Shown here: piece after piece, positions 19,452 to 29,032 of the stretch
How positions within the stretch are numbered: the stretch's first letter is position 1
Layout: every line of letters starts with the position of its first letter
Source: Candidatus Latescibacterota bacterium
Lineage (GTDB): Bacteria > Latescibacterota > UBA2968 > GCA-2709665
NCBI GenBank assembly: GCA_965248435.1
Contig: OZ252100.1
Coordinates: 2,944,001-3,008,000 of the forward strand
Reading direction: 5' to 3'
Length of the DNA stretch: 64,000 nt
Notes under the pieces: model-generated
Told to the model about the DNA's origin: nothing
What the model saw: only the letters and a program-made list of their open reading frames with translations
Database searches by the model: none
Program-made: the position numbers and the translations under genes

Positions 19452-20354
19452 GTGCCAACCGATTTACCCACGCGCAAGCTGGGTCGCACAGGACTTGAAG
19501 TCACCCAGCTCGGCTTCGGAGCGATGGAGCTTCGTACCCCGGAGGGGGGTGACGGAAGAGAGACCACCGAGGACCAGGCCGCAAAGGTGCTCAACGCGGT
19601 CCTGGATTCCGGCATCACATTCGTCGACACTTCGCCAGACTATGGCGTGAGCGAAGAGCGGATTGGAAAATATATCAGCCATCGTCGCGACGAGTTCACT
19701 CTTGCGACCAAATGCGGATGTAACATCGACGAGAACGGCGTCAGGCAGGAACCGAGCCACCTCTGGACCGGAGACCGCCTGCGCAGAAACATCGACCAGA
19801 GCCTGGAACGGATGAGAACGGACCATGTCGACGTGCTTCAGATGCACGGCGGCTCCCAGGAGGATGTGGAGAAAGGGGGGCTGATCGAGGTCCTCCAGGA
19901 GATCAGAGAGGCCGGTAAAACCCGGTTCTTCAGCGTCTCCTCTCGCGTCCCGAATCTGATGGCACACGTGCGCACCGGCGCATTCGACACGTTCCAGATC
20001 CCATACTCCGTCCTGGAGCGCACCCACGAAAAGATGATCCAGCAGACTGCAGACGCAGGCTGCGGGATCGTCGTCCGGGGCGGCATCGGCAAAGGGCACC
20101 GCGGTCCTGAGGATCGGTGGGCAAAGTGGGATGAGGCCGGGCTCGATGACCTGCTCGACGGGATGAATCGATACGAGTTCGTGCTCCGCTACACCCTCAC
20201 GCACCCGTCCTGCCACACGACGATCGTGGGCACCTCTGACCTGGGTCACCTCGAGGCCAACGTGGCCGCGGCGAAAGCAGGGCCTTTACCGTCAGACATT
20301 TACGAACAGACGAAGGTGCGCATGTCCGGAGTCGGCGAGAATCCACTGGATTGA
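19452..20354 (+). CDS. Aldo/keto reductase (paralog of 3252..4127)
   Basis: GITFVDTSPDYG, LATKCG, HVDVLQMH. Shares the C-terminal AGLDDLLDGM.RYEFVLR. Confidence 0.92.
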   Translation: MPTDLPTRKLGRTGLEVTQLGFGAMELRTPEGGDGRETTEDQAAKVLNAVLDSGITFVDTSPDYGVSEERIGKYISHRRDEFTLATKCGCNIDENGVRQEPSHLWTGDRLRRNIDQSLERMRTDHVDVLQMHGGSQEDVEKGGLIEVLQEIREAGKTRFFSVSSRVPNLMAHVRTGAFDTFQIPYSVLERTHEKMIQQTADAGCGIVVRGGIGKGHRGPEDRWAKWDEAGLDDLLDGMNRYEFVLRYTLTHPSCHTTIVGTSDLGHLEANVAAAKAGPLPSDIYEQTKVRMSGVGENPLD

Positions 20355-20372
20355 AAAGGAAACCCAACGAGG

Positions 20373-20420
20373 CCCCGCATCTTGCTGCTCAGTTTCGTTT
20401 CTGAGCGGCACGATGCGGGG
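20373..20420. terminator. Long hairpin / terminator
   Basis: CCCCGCATC.TGC.GCTCAG ... CTGAGC.GCA.GATGCGGGG. Confidence 0.6.
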
Positions 20421-20479
20421 TCCATTTATTCGCTAGTGTAGGTAGTTCCATTGCGTCAGCCTGAAACAAGGAGAAGGAT

Positions 20480-21172
20480 GTGAACCTCTACCTGGTCGGT
20501 TGTGAATACGCGGGCAAAATCACCTTAACGAAGAAGATTTCTGAGTGGACAGAAGAGAACATGGGTGTGCCCATGAAATTCCACGACCACTTCACGATTC
20601 CGACTCAGGAGTTTCCTCCCGAGCCCGCGAAGCAGTACAAAGAAGCGCACCCCCAGATTAAAGAGATGCTCCAGCGGTTCATGATCTACTACCATGCTTC
20701 CTCGGCCTTTTTCAATCACGACCACCACAACGTCGTGGGCTGTGGCATCGAAGAAGCGGTCTACGCCCCCCTCTACTATGGGTATGGCGGCAAGAACAGC
20801 GGGTCACCCATGCGAAGCCCGGAGGGACAGCGAACGGAATACGCGCGGTCGATAGAGAAGAGGATGATGAATTACTGTTCGCACGTCGTGCTTGTCCTGA
20901 TGAAGGCTTCACCGGACGTCATTCGCAGGCGGATGAAAGAGAACCCGACGGTAGAACCCGGGGAACCCACCCGCGGCGTCGTGCAGGAGGAGGACGTCGA
21001 ATTCGTGCTGAAGCGATTCGAAGAGGAGTTCGAGGCCTCTCTGATAGAAAACAAGATCGTCCTGGATACCACGTCAGCGACGGAGGAAGAAACGCTGGCG
21101 GAGTTCGTGGAAAAACACGATCCGTTCATGACGGATGGCGACAGGGAGCGAATCAAGAAGCATCAAAGGTAG
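20480..21172 (+). CDS. P-loop nucleoside/nucleotide kinase-like hypothetical protein
   Basis: N-terminal Walker-A-like LVGCEYAGKIT, LVLMKASPDVIRRRM lid, IVLDTT. Confidence 0.6.
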   Translation: MNLYLVGCEYAGKITLTKKISEWTEENMGVPMKFHDHFTIPTQEFPPEPAKQYKEAHPQIKEMLQRFMIYYHASSAFFNHDHHNVVGCGIEEAVYAPLYYGYGGKNSGSPMRSPEGQRTEYARSIEKRMMNYCSHVVLVLMKASPDVIRRRMKENPTVEPGEPTRGVVQEEDVEFVLKRFEEEFEASLIENKIVLDTTSATEEETLAEFVEKHDPFMTDGDRERIKKHQR

Positions 21173-21176
21173 AGCG

Positions 21177-22154
21177 ATGGAAAAACTTCCGAACGCGGGC
21201 GACCCCGAAAGCGAAGACTTCCCAAAAGGGCCGAAAGTAGGGGAACAGGTCCCCCATTTCACCCTACCCGACCCCTCTGGAAACCCCGTCCACTATGAAC
21301 CGGACGGAACCAGCAAGGCCCTCATCCTGTTCCATCGAAGTGCCTCCTGGTGACCGCCCTGTAAAACTCAGCTCGTGGAGCTGCAGGAAAACCTGGAGAC
21401 CTTCGCGGAGAACCGCACCTGGGTCTGTGCGATCAGCTACGATTCGGTCGACGTCCTCAAGGCGTTTTCTGAGAAGTTTGACATCACCTACCCCCTGCTC
21501 TCTGACGTCGGCAGCTCGGTCATCCGCCGATTCGGCATCTACAACACCCACGTGCCAGAAGGTCATCCCTGGCATGGGGTTCCTTTTCCCGGCACCTTCA
21601 TGGTCGATGAGCGAGGAGCGGTGATCGAAAAGTCGTTCTACGCGAGCCACGGCGCCCGCGATTCCGTTGCCCGAATGATCCAGGAGGGCCTCAATCTACC
21701 TGATCCAAAGCGCAAAGCGATGCAGTCCCTGCAAACAGACTCGCTTGCGGCAATCGCCTACCTCTCCTCGAAGACGGTCCGACCCGGTCAGGTGATCACC
21801 TTCACCGCCGAGTTAGACATCGAATCAGGCCGTTACATCCACGCCCGCCCGTTCCCCGAGGGCCAGGTCCCGACCCGATTAACTTTCCAGGAGATCGAGG
21901 GTGTCACGTTTGAAGATGTGGTCTATCCTGAGCCAAAACGCCACCATCTGGAACCCCTCGGCGAAACCCTTAACGTTTACGACGGCCGAGTGATCTTCAA
22001 AGCAACAGTCCGCAACAGCCGAAAGGAAGCGTTTGCTGTGCACGCCCGGTTGGAATATCAAGCTTGCGATGAGAAGGAATGCTACCTTCCAGAAAGCATC
22101 GACTTCGAGCTTCCGCTTACCTACCTTGACAACGTTAAAGACACTCTTCCGTGA
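21177..22154 (+). CDS. Selenoprotein: AhpC/TSA peroxiredoxin-like (W-U-P-P-C) fused to a DsbD N-terminal-like domain
   Basis: ORFs 21135..21353 and 21375..22154 are in frame across TGA 21351-21353, giving FHRSASW-U-PPC-KTQLVEL. C-terminal YQACDEKECYLP. Confidence 0.85.
21354..21387 (+). promoter_or_regulatory. Putative bacterial SECIS element
   Basis: CCTG..CAGCTC-GTG-GAGCTG-CAGG hairpin. Loop begins with G about 21 nt after the UGA. Confidence 0.6.
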
Positions 22155-22245
22155 GTCATTGCTTGTTGCCGCTAGTCACGACAAATGAAATTGTCCGAAT
22201 CCGTTTGTAAGGACCCCTCGAAGTAAAGCGAAGGAGAATATCCGC

Positions 22246-23211
22246 GTGGACACAATTCGACTCGGTGTCGTCGGTTCGGGTGGGATGGCGACACACAGAA
22301 TGGCTGCTTTCTCAAAGCTGGGTGGATTCGAGCTGGCGGGACTGGCCGCCCGCAACCCGGAGACAGGTCCCGCGATGGCCGACCAGTATAGCGTCCCTTT
22401 GGTGACCGACTGGGAAGACCTGGTCGCGCGGGAGGACATAGACGCCATCGTGGTCATGACCCATAACGACAGCCACGGTCCCATCGCGATTGCGGCCCTC
22501 GAGGCCGGCAAACACGTGTTTGCCGAATACCCCCTCGCTCGCCATCTGGAAGAAGGAGAACGTCTCGTTCAACTCGCCGAGACTTCGGGATTGGTTCTGA
22601 GGCTGACGCACGAGATCTCTCTCTCGGCGGCACACCAAAGGCTCAAACAGGAAGTCGATGCATCAGGCCACCTGTTGACCGCAGTCTTCATACGGATCAC
22701 ACCGGGCCGTGGGAAAGTTACATTGTTCAACCTGAATGTCTCCGGACCGCCCGCGCTCTTTTTCATCCACCAAGTCTACCCGCTCGTGGACCTGTTCGGG
22801 CCGGCGGCGTGGGTCGAGGCCCATTCGGAGTATGTGGACCTGGACGACTCGAGTCGTTACCAGCGGTTCCTCAACACCGTGACGGTAGGATTCGCCCGGG
22901 GCGGCCTCGGGCAGTGGACCTGGGCGGGCGGAATCGCCACCGAGAAGGCCGAAGAGTTCCAGCGCCTCGTATTGACGGGTGGCACATTAATCCGTGAAGG
23001 TGGAACCTGGCATCGGTCTACCCCTGAGGGCACGGAAGCGCTTCAGGTTTCCGAAGAAGACAAGCGTTCCCTCGAGGAGGTCTTCCTGAGTGAAGTCAGA
23101 GGAGAGGGCTCGCTCTGGAAGGAAGAGCTGCAGAAGGAGCTTCAGGCGTTGCGAATCGGCCTGGGCGCCGAGGAGTCCGCCCGGGAGAACCGACGAATCG
23201 ATCTCCCCTGA
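22246..23211 (+). CDS. Gfo/Idh/MocA family oxidoreductase
   Basis: GVVGSGGMA, DIDAIVV, ALEAGKHVFAEYPLA. Confidence 0.88.
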   Translation: MDTIRLGVVGSGGMATHRMAAFSKLGGFELAGLAARNPETGPAMADQYSVPLVTDWEDLVAREDIDAIVVMTHNDSHGPIAIAALEAGKHVFAEYPLARHLEEGERLVQLAETSGLVLRLTHEISLSAAHQRLKQEVDASGHLLTAVFIRITPGRGKVTLFNLNVSGPPALFFIHQVYPLVDLFGPAAWVEAHSEYVDLDDSSRYQRFLNTVTVGFARGGLGQWTWAGGIATEKAEEFQRLVLTGGTLIREGGTWHRSTPEGTEALQVSEEDKRSLEEVFLSEVRGEGSLWKEELQKELQALRIGLGAEESARENRRIDLP

Positions 23212-23256
23212 CGAGATTCACCGTTTTGGCTAAATTTTGATTCGGGAGGAATTGTC

Positions 23257-24219
23257 GTGAATTATCGAAAGTTTGGAAACACAGATCTGGAAGTCTCCGA
23301 AATCTGCTTTGGCCCCATGCGATCAGTGACGAAGGGCGATCCCGTCGACGACGACAAGTCCAAAGCGGGAAAACAAGCCCTTGAACGGGCCATCGAACGC
23401 GGGGTCAACTTCATCCATTCGTGCGGCCAGTACGGAACGCGGTGGGCGATCGGAGCCGTCCTGAAGGACCACCCGAAACGCCACGACATGCGACACATCA
23501 TCAAGGTCGCGACCCCGAACCGTCCGGATGAGGGAAGATTCGACCCGGCCAGGTTCACGGAGATCGTGGAAGAGGCCCTCAGAGACCTGCACACCGATTG
23601 CATCGACGTCGTACAGCACCTTCATCGCGGTGAACCCAACGTAGATGAAGTCAGGATTCCACAGATCCCCGGAGTAAGGGGACCGTTGATGGAGACCTTC
23701 TCCAAACTGAAGGACGAAGGCAAGGTGGGCTATCTGGCGACGTTCCCCTACGGTCCCGATTTCGCTGGCGAGGTCTTGAAGACGGGTGACTTCGACGGTA
23801 TGGTGGCTTACTACAACCCTGTCGAGATGGAAATGGCCCAGTACTTCCCTCAAATGGAGACGAAGGGCGAAGGGTTTTTCTGCATCCGACCCTTCATGGG
23901 GGGCCTGTTGACCGATCCTCGCGTCGACAGAAGTCGGCTCCCGAGCGACGACCGTTTCCAGGAAGCGAGTTGGGACGGACCATACGAACGCCTCAAGCTT
24001 TTGAAAGAGGCATTCAGTGACCAGGTCAACTCCTGGACGGAATTCACGATCAAATTCACGTTGACGCACCCCATCGTCGCCAGTCTCATCGTCGGCTTGA
24101 ACTCAGTCGATCAGGTGGACGGCGTTCTGGATGCTGCAGACGGAAACTATCTGGAGCGAAGCGTTTTCGACAGAGCGCTGGAAATCTTCAATCAGCACGG
24201 GCTGGTCAAGGACGGATAG
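23257..24219 (+). CDS. Aldo/keto reductase (atypical active-site segment)
   Basis: YRKFGNTDLEVSEICFG, GVNFIHSCGQYG, IDVVQH, IRPFMGGLL. Confidence 0.85.
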   Translation: MNYRKFGNTDLEVSEICFGPMRSVTKGDPVDDDKSKAGKQALERAIERGVNFIHSCGQYGTRWAIGAVLKDHPKRHDMRHIIKVATPNRPDEGRFDPARFTEIVEEALRDLHTDCIDVVQHLHRGEPNVDEVRIPQIPGVRGPLMETFSKLKDEGKVGYLATFPYGPDFAGEVLKTGDFDGMVAYYNPVEMEMAQYFPQMETKGEGFFCIRPFMGGLLTDPRVDRSRLPSDDRFQEASWDGPYERLKLLKEAFSDQVNSWTEFTIKFTLTHPIVASLIVGLNSVDQVDGVLDAADGNYLERSVFDRALEIFNQHGLVKDG

Positions 24220-24267
24220 ATGAATCGGGGAGTTTTCAAAACAAATCTATCTGCGTCAATATATCCG

Positions 24268-24291
24268 GTAGGAGCCGGCTCCCGCCGGCGA
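24268..24291. repeat. GTAG-type REP-like palindrome
   Basis: GTAGGA-GCCGGC-TCCC-GCCGGC. Confidence 0.5.
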
Positions 24292-24442
24292 AGCCGCCAA
24301 TCACGTCCTGAAACGAATGCGGCTTTAAATCGAAATCCAAAGCCCAAGGAATTCAACTGGCGGTTCCAAGCCATTTTCGACTATATTATTTGTAGCCTTA
24401 AGGTCGAGCTGAAACTGCACCAGAAAGAGGGGAAACAAGACC

Positions 24443-26734
24443 ATGGCATCGAAAACAGAACCGTACCTGGGGATTGAAGACTACAAAGTCGTCGGGACCC
24501 GCCCGATCCGGCACGATGGATTGGAAAAGGTCACCGGACGGGCGCTCTATGGCGCCGATATCCTCTTGCCCGACATGCTTCACGGTAAGGTGCTCCGCAG
24601 CCCTCACGCGCACGCGCGCATTCGCTCCATAGACACGAGCCGGGCTGAAGCGCTTCCAGGCGTGAAAGCGGTGATTACGGGGAAGGATCTGTATCGACAG
24701 ATGGAAGACAAGGAGATGGAACTCGGCGAAGAGATCGTCAACATGAAACGCCTGTTGTCGGGCTTCCTGGCGACCGAAAAGGTCCTGTTTCAGGGACACC
24801 CCGTCGCCTCCGTCGCCGCCACAAGTCACCACCTGGCCGAAGAGGCCCTCGACCTCATCCAAGTAGATTACGAGGTCCTCCCGCACGTGCTCGACATTCA
24901 CGAGGCGATGAAAGAGGATGCCCCGCTTCTGCACGAAGATATGACGACGACCTCCTTGGGGGAGGCGACGGACAAGAAAAGCAACAACAACAAGTACGGT
25001 CAGTATAAACTCGGCGACGTGGAAAAGGGGTTCGCTCAGGCCGACATCGTCATCGAGCGGGAGTTCTCTACCGTTATGGTCCACCAGGGCTACATCGAGC
25101 CCCAAAACGCCACGGCGCTCTGGAACCCGGACGGCCAGCTCACCATCTGGTGCAGCAGCCAGGGGTCCTTCGGCGTCAGGGACCAGGTGGCGGAGATTCT
25201 CGATCTGCCCGTCTCCAAAATCAGGGTCATCCCCTTGGAGATCGGCGGCGGGTTCGGGGGCAAAGTCAGGGCCTACCTGGAACCGCTCGCCGCGCTGCTG
25301 TCCAAAAGGACGGGTCATCCCGTTAAAATGGTGATGAGCCGGACCGAGGTCCTGCAGGCGACCGGACCGACCCCGGGCTCCTACATTCGGGCGAAGATGG
25401 GCGCCACCAAAGAGGGGAAGCTCGTCGCAGCCTATGCCGAGATCGTGTTCGAGGCGGGCGCCTTCCCGGGGACCCCCATCGGCGCGGCCGCGCTCTGTAT
25501 GTTTTCACCCTACGATATCGAGAATGTCTTCATCGAAACCTATGAGCCGGTGGTCAACAAGACCTCCACCTCGGCCTACCGTGCCCCCGGAGCGACGAAC
25601 GGAGCGCTTGCCTCGGAGATCATCGTCGACGAGATCTGCGAGCAGCTCGAGATGGACCCGCTGGAGTTCCGGATGAAGAATTCCTCAAAGGAAGGCTCCC
25701 GGCGCGCTGACGGACCGACCCATCCCCGCATCGGACACGAAGAGGTCGTCAAAGCGGCGATGGAGAGTGATCACTACAGCTCTCCCCTGGAAGGTCCGAA
25801 CCGGGGCCGAGGCGTGGCCTCGGGGTTCTGGCCGAACGGCGGGGGATTCTCGACGGCCGTCGCGAGCGTAAATACAGACGGGACCGTCGGCCTGGTGACC
25901 GGATCGGTCGACATCGGGGGAACGCGGACGGCCTGCGCGATGCACCTATGCGAGGTTCTGGGCATCGCCGCCGAAGAGGTCAAGCCAACGGTGGGCGACA
26001 CCGACGCAGTCGGCTATACGGGCGTGACGGGTGGAAGCCGCACCTGCTTCGCCACGGGATGGGCGGCCTACGAGGCGGCGCAAGACATCAAGCGCCAGAT
26101 GATCACCCACGCCGCCAATCAGTGGGAGATCTCTTCAGACGACGTAGCATTTGAAGACGGGACCTTCCGGTCCAAGTCTGACCCGTCGAAGACGTTTACA
26201 TTCAAAGAGCTGGCCGCTAAGCTGCCGGGAGGCACGGTGGTGGGACGATTCACGGGAAAGCCTAAAGGCGGCCAGGCGGGCGGCGCCTTCGCTCACGCCA
26301 TCGTGGACGTGGAGGTGGACCCGGATACCGGGAAGGTGGAAATCCTGCGCGCGACGATGATTCAAGACGCCGGCAAAGCGATCTACCCGGGTTATGTGGA
26401 AGGACAGATGCAGGGCGGGATGGCGCAGGGCATCGGCTGGGCACTCAACGAGGAGTTTATCTACAACGAGAAAGGCGAGTTGACCAATCCCAGCTTCCTG
26501 GACTACCGGATGCCTACTTGCCTGGACCTGCCGATGATCGAATCGATTATCGTGGAAGTACCCAACCCGGGCCACCCCTACGGTGTGCGCGGCACGGGCG
26601 AGGTCCCCATCGTTCCGCCCCCGGCCGCAGTCTCCAACGCGATCTACAGGGCCATCGGCGTGCGGCTCTACGACCTGCCGATGTCACCTGCACGGATTCT
26701 GGAGACGCTCTGGAAGGAAAACGGCAAGGGTTGA
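24443..26734 (+). CDS. Xanthine dehydrogenase-family molybdopterin-binding subunit (stand-alone)
   Basis: EKVTGRALY, IGGGFGGK, AYRAPG, VEGQMQGG, RGTGEVP. Confidence 0.92.
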   Translation: MASKTEPYLGIEDYKVVGTRPIRHDGLEKVTGRALYGADILLPDMLHGKVLRSPHAHARIRSIDTSRAEALPGVKAVITGKDLYRQMEDKEMELGEEIVNMKRLLSGFLATEKVLFQGHPVASVAATSHHLAEEALDLIQVDYEVLPHVLDIHEAMKEDAPLLHEDMTTTSLGEATDKKSNNNKYGQYKLGDVEKGFAQADIVIEREFSTVMVHQGYIEPQNATALWNPDGQLTIWCSSQGSFGVRDQVAEILDLPVSKIRVIPLEIGGGFGGKVRAYLEPLAALLSKRTGHPVKMVMSRTEVLQATGPTPGSYIRAKMGATKEGKLVAAYAEIVFEAGAFPGTPIGAAALCMFSPYDIENVFIETYEPVVNKTSTSAYRAPGATNGALASEIIVDEICEQLEMDPLEFRMKNSSKEGSRRADGPTHPRIGHEEVVKAAMESDHYSSPLEGPNRGRGVASGFWPNGGGFSTAVASVNTDGTVGLVTGSVDIGGTRTACAMHLCEVLGIAAEEVKPTVGDTDAVGYTGVTGGSRTCFATGWAAYEAAQDIKRQMITHAANQWEISSDDVAFEDGTFRSKSDPSKTFTFKELAAKLPGGTVVGRFTGKPKGGQAGGAFAHAIVDVEVDPDTGKVEILRATMIQDAGKAIYPGYVEGQMQGGMAQGIGWALNEEFIYNEKGELTNPSFLDYRMPTCLDLPMIESIIVEVPNPGHPYGVRGTGEVPIVPPPAAVSNAIYRAIGVRLYDLPMSPARILETLWKENGKG

Positions 26735-26796
26735 CCGAAGGGATACACCTAGGAAAGGCAGATTTGACTTAAGTCTTGAACAACTCGCAGGAAGTC

Positions 26797-26846
26797 GAAA
26801 ACGGCTGCTTCGCCCGGTCTTGGGTGACGCAGCCGTTTTGTTTTTT
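26797..26846. terminator. Bidirectional terminator between convergent genes
   Basis: AAAACGGCTGC...GCAGCCGTTTT followed by GTTTTTT. Confidence 0.7.
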
Positions 26847-26932
26847 GCTTCGCCGAATACTGGGGAAAAGGCCACAAAATCCCCTCCCGGGGAGGGGTGC
26901 CCCAGCGAAGCTGGGGTGGGGTGGGTCATAAT

Positions 26933-27877
26933 TCAAGGCCTGTGGTACTTGGCACTTTCCGGTCTGGCAGCCCACCAGGCCCCGTGCAAGCCCTCCACGA
27001 CCGCTTCCGGCAGTTCCGGCTCGCCGCAGGCACGCAGGTTCTCTTCCATCTGCGACTCCTTGCTGGCGCCCAGAATCACGGCGTCGCCTTCCGAGTCGTC
27101 CATGACCGAATGATGGAACATCCAGCGCAGCGCGGCGGAGGTCATGGCGATGCCCGCCTTTTCGCAGCTCTCGCGTACCGAATCCAGGGCCTGAAAGTGG
27201 GACGCCTTCCAGTAACGATCGCGGTAACCGCGTCGTTGGACGACAAATCGGCCCGCTTCGGGTTCCTCGTCCAGGCTTCTGTACCGGCCGGTCAGGATGC
27301 CTCCAGCGAGCGGATTGTAAGCGTAAAAGCTCAGTCCTAAGGACCTGAGACACGGAAACAGCTCCGGCTCCACTTCGCGAGTGATGGCGTTGTACATACC
27401 CTGGTAGACCGTTGGGACGATCCAGCCTTCTCTCCGGCAGGTATGCCAGATGTCCGCGACCTGCCAGGCCGCATAGTTGCTCAACCCGAACGTCTCGAAC
27501 CGGCCCTCATCGTGGAGTCTGGCGCAGGCCTCCAGACTAACCTCGATGGGCACCTCGGGATGGGGTGAATGCAAATAGAAAAGATCGACGTGCTCCAGGT
27601 CGAGTCGTCCGAGGGAATTCGAAAGTTGTTGACGAAGCCCCTCAGGACTCAATCCACCCTCTTGGGCCGGATTGGCTTTTGTGGCAATCTGGTAGGCCGT
27701 CCGATCGTATGGCTCGAGCAGCCGCCCCAGCATCTCCTCTGTCTTTCCGCCGCCGTAACCGTGGCCGGTGTCGATCTCCTTTCCCCCTGTCGCCAGAAAA
27801 TCTTCGAGTATCCTGCCGGCCTCTGGTTCCTCAACCTGCCCGCCGAACGTCATGCTGCCAAGTACCGCTTTGAACAT
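26933..27877 (-). CDS. Aldo/keto reductase, AKR7/aflatoxin aldehyde reductase-like
   Basis: IATKANP, VDLFYLHSP, GLSNYAAWQV, YQGMYNAITREVEPELFPCLR. Confidence 0.88.
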   Translation of the reverse strand: MFKAVLGSMTFGGQVEEPEAGRILEDFLATGGKEIDTGHGYGGGKTEEMLGRLLEPYDRTAYQIATKANPAQEGGLSPEGLRQQLSNSLGRLDLEHVDLFYLHSPHPEVPIEVSLEACARLHDEGRFETFGLSNYAAWQVADIWHTCRREGWIVPTVYQGMYNAITREVEPELFPCLRSLGLSFYAYNPLAGGILTGRYRSLDEEPEAGRFVVQRRGYRDRYWKASHFQALDSVRESCEKAGIAMTSAALRWMFHHSVMDDSEGDAVILGASKESQMEENLRACGEPELPEAVVEGLHGAWWAARPESAKYHRP

Positions 27878-27929
27878 TTCTTTACCTCCTGCTTGGTAGA
27901 GCTTCGCTCAGATGCTAAACACGTCCTGA

Positions 27930-28862
27930 TTAGAACCCCTCTACTTCGTCCGCGATTTCGATCGCCCGCGCCCGCTCCACATCGGTCAGGGGCGCCGCAT
28001 CCATCGCGCCCGCGTTCTCCCCGAGCTGCTTGCGATTCTTTGCACCGGGGATCGCCGCGGTTGCCCCCTTCGTGTCCAGGATAAACCGCAGCGCAGCCTG
28101 GACCATCGTTCGGTTGGTGCGCTCCGTCAGAAACAGGAGCTCCGACAGCTTTTTGAACGTCGCCTCCGCCTTTTCAGACGTGAACCGCTCCGTACGCCGA
28201 TCTCCGTCGTCCAGTTTCCGATCGACGAAATACTTTCCCGAAAGCGCGCCCGAGGCGAGCGGGATCCGAATCAGGGTCCCCAGGTTTTCCGCCTTTGCCA
28301 GACGAAGCGCTTCTTCTCCGCTACGATTGAGCAGATTGTATCCGACCTGCAACATCGCGATCTCACCGAGAGTGAGCAGCTTGCGAATCGCCTCCGTGTC
28401 GTTGGTCGAGATCCCGAACCATCGGATCTTTCCCTGCTGCTTCAAGTCTGCAAGGGTCTTCATCACGACCGCCATCGTCTGTTCGTGTGGTACGGCGTGC
28501 AGCTGATACACGTCGATGGTGTCCGTCTGTAATCTCTTGAGGCTTCCCTCGCATGCCTCCAGGATTCGCTGCCTCGCCTTCCCCTCATCCGGGTCGTCAG
28601 TGATCGGCCGCACCTTTGTCGCGATCACGAATCGGTCACGCCGACCCTTCAGTGCCCTCCCCATCACTTCTTCACTATGGCCATTGCCATAGGTCTCGGC
28701 TGAGTCCAAAAGATTGACACCGATCTCCTCGGCGCGGTGGATCGTGGCGATTGACTCCTCGTCGTTGACGCCTGTCCAGCTCGGCTGACCCCCCATCTGC
28801 CAGCATCCCACTCCGATCGATGACACCTTCAGTCCGGTCTTTCCCAGAATTCGATGTTCCAT
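27930..28862 (-). CDS. Aldo/keto reductase
   Basis: DSAETYGNGHSEE, IATKV, SLKRLQTDTIDVYQLH. Confidence 0.92.
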   Translation of the reverse strand: MEHRILGKTGLKVSSIGVGCWQMGGQPSWTGVNDEESIATIHRAEEIGVNLLDSAETYGNGHSEEVMGRALKGRRDRFVIATKVRPITDDPDEGKARQRILEACEGSLKRLQTDTIDVYQLHAVPHEQTMAVVMKTLADLKQQGKIRWFGISTNDTEAIRKLLTLGEIAMLQVGYNLLNRSGEEALRLAKAENLGTLIRIPLASGALSGKYFVDRKLDDGDRRTERFTSEKAEATFKKLSELLFLTERTNRTMVQAALRFILDTKGATAAIPGAKNRKQLGENAGAMDAAPLTDVERARAIEIADEVEGF

Positions 28863-28892
28863 GTCTACTTTCCTTCTCTAGAGCGGTCTGCT

Positions 28893-29032
28893 TTATTCCA
28901 GATTGGCGTGTCGTGCGAACATTTCCTCGGCGTTCTTGCCGGACGCTTCCATCAACACAAGCGCAAGGGCATCCAGCGTCAGCATCAGGCTCTGTTCAAG
29001 CCGAACAGATCGAGCGCAAGCTGCAGTTTCAT
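28893..29032 (-). pseudogene. Collapsed hxlA-hxlB remnant (N-terminus of 3-hexulose-6-P synthase joined to C-terminus of 6-phospho-3-hexuloisomerase)
   Basis: ATG 29032 overlaps the pfkB stop and gives MKLQLALDL. Another frame then gives EQSLMLTLDALALVLMEASGKNAEEMFARHANLE*. Confidence 0.75.

Noticed and set aside
16017-26734. Aerobic CO dehydrogenase (coxL)
   Set aside because: Active-site loops are AMRAPG and AYRAPG, not AYxCSFR or AYRGAGR.
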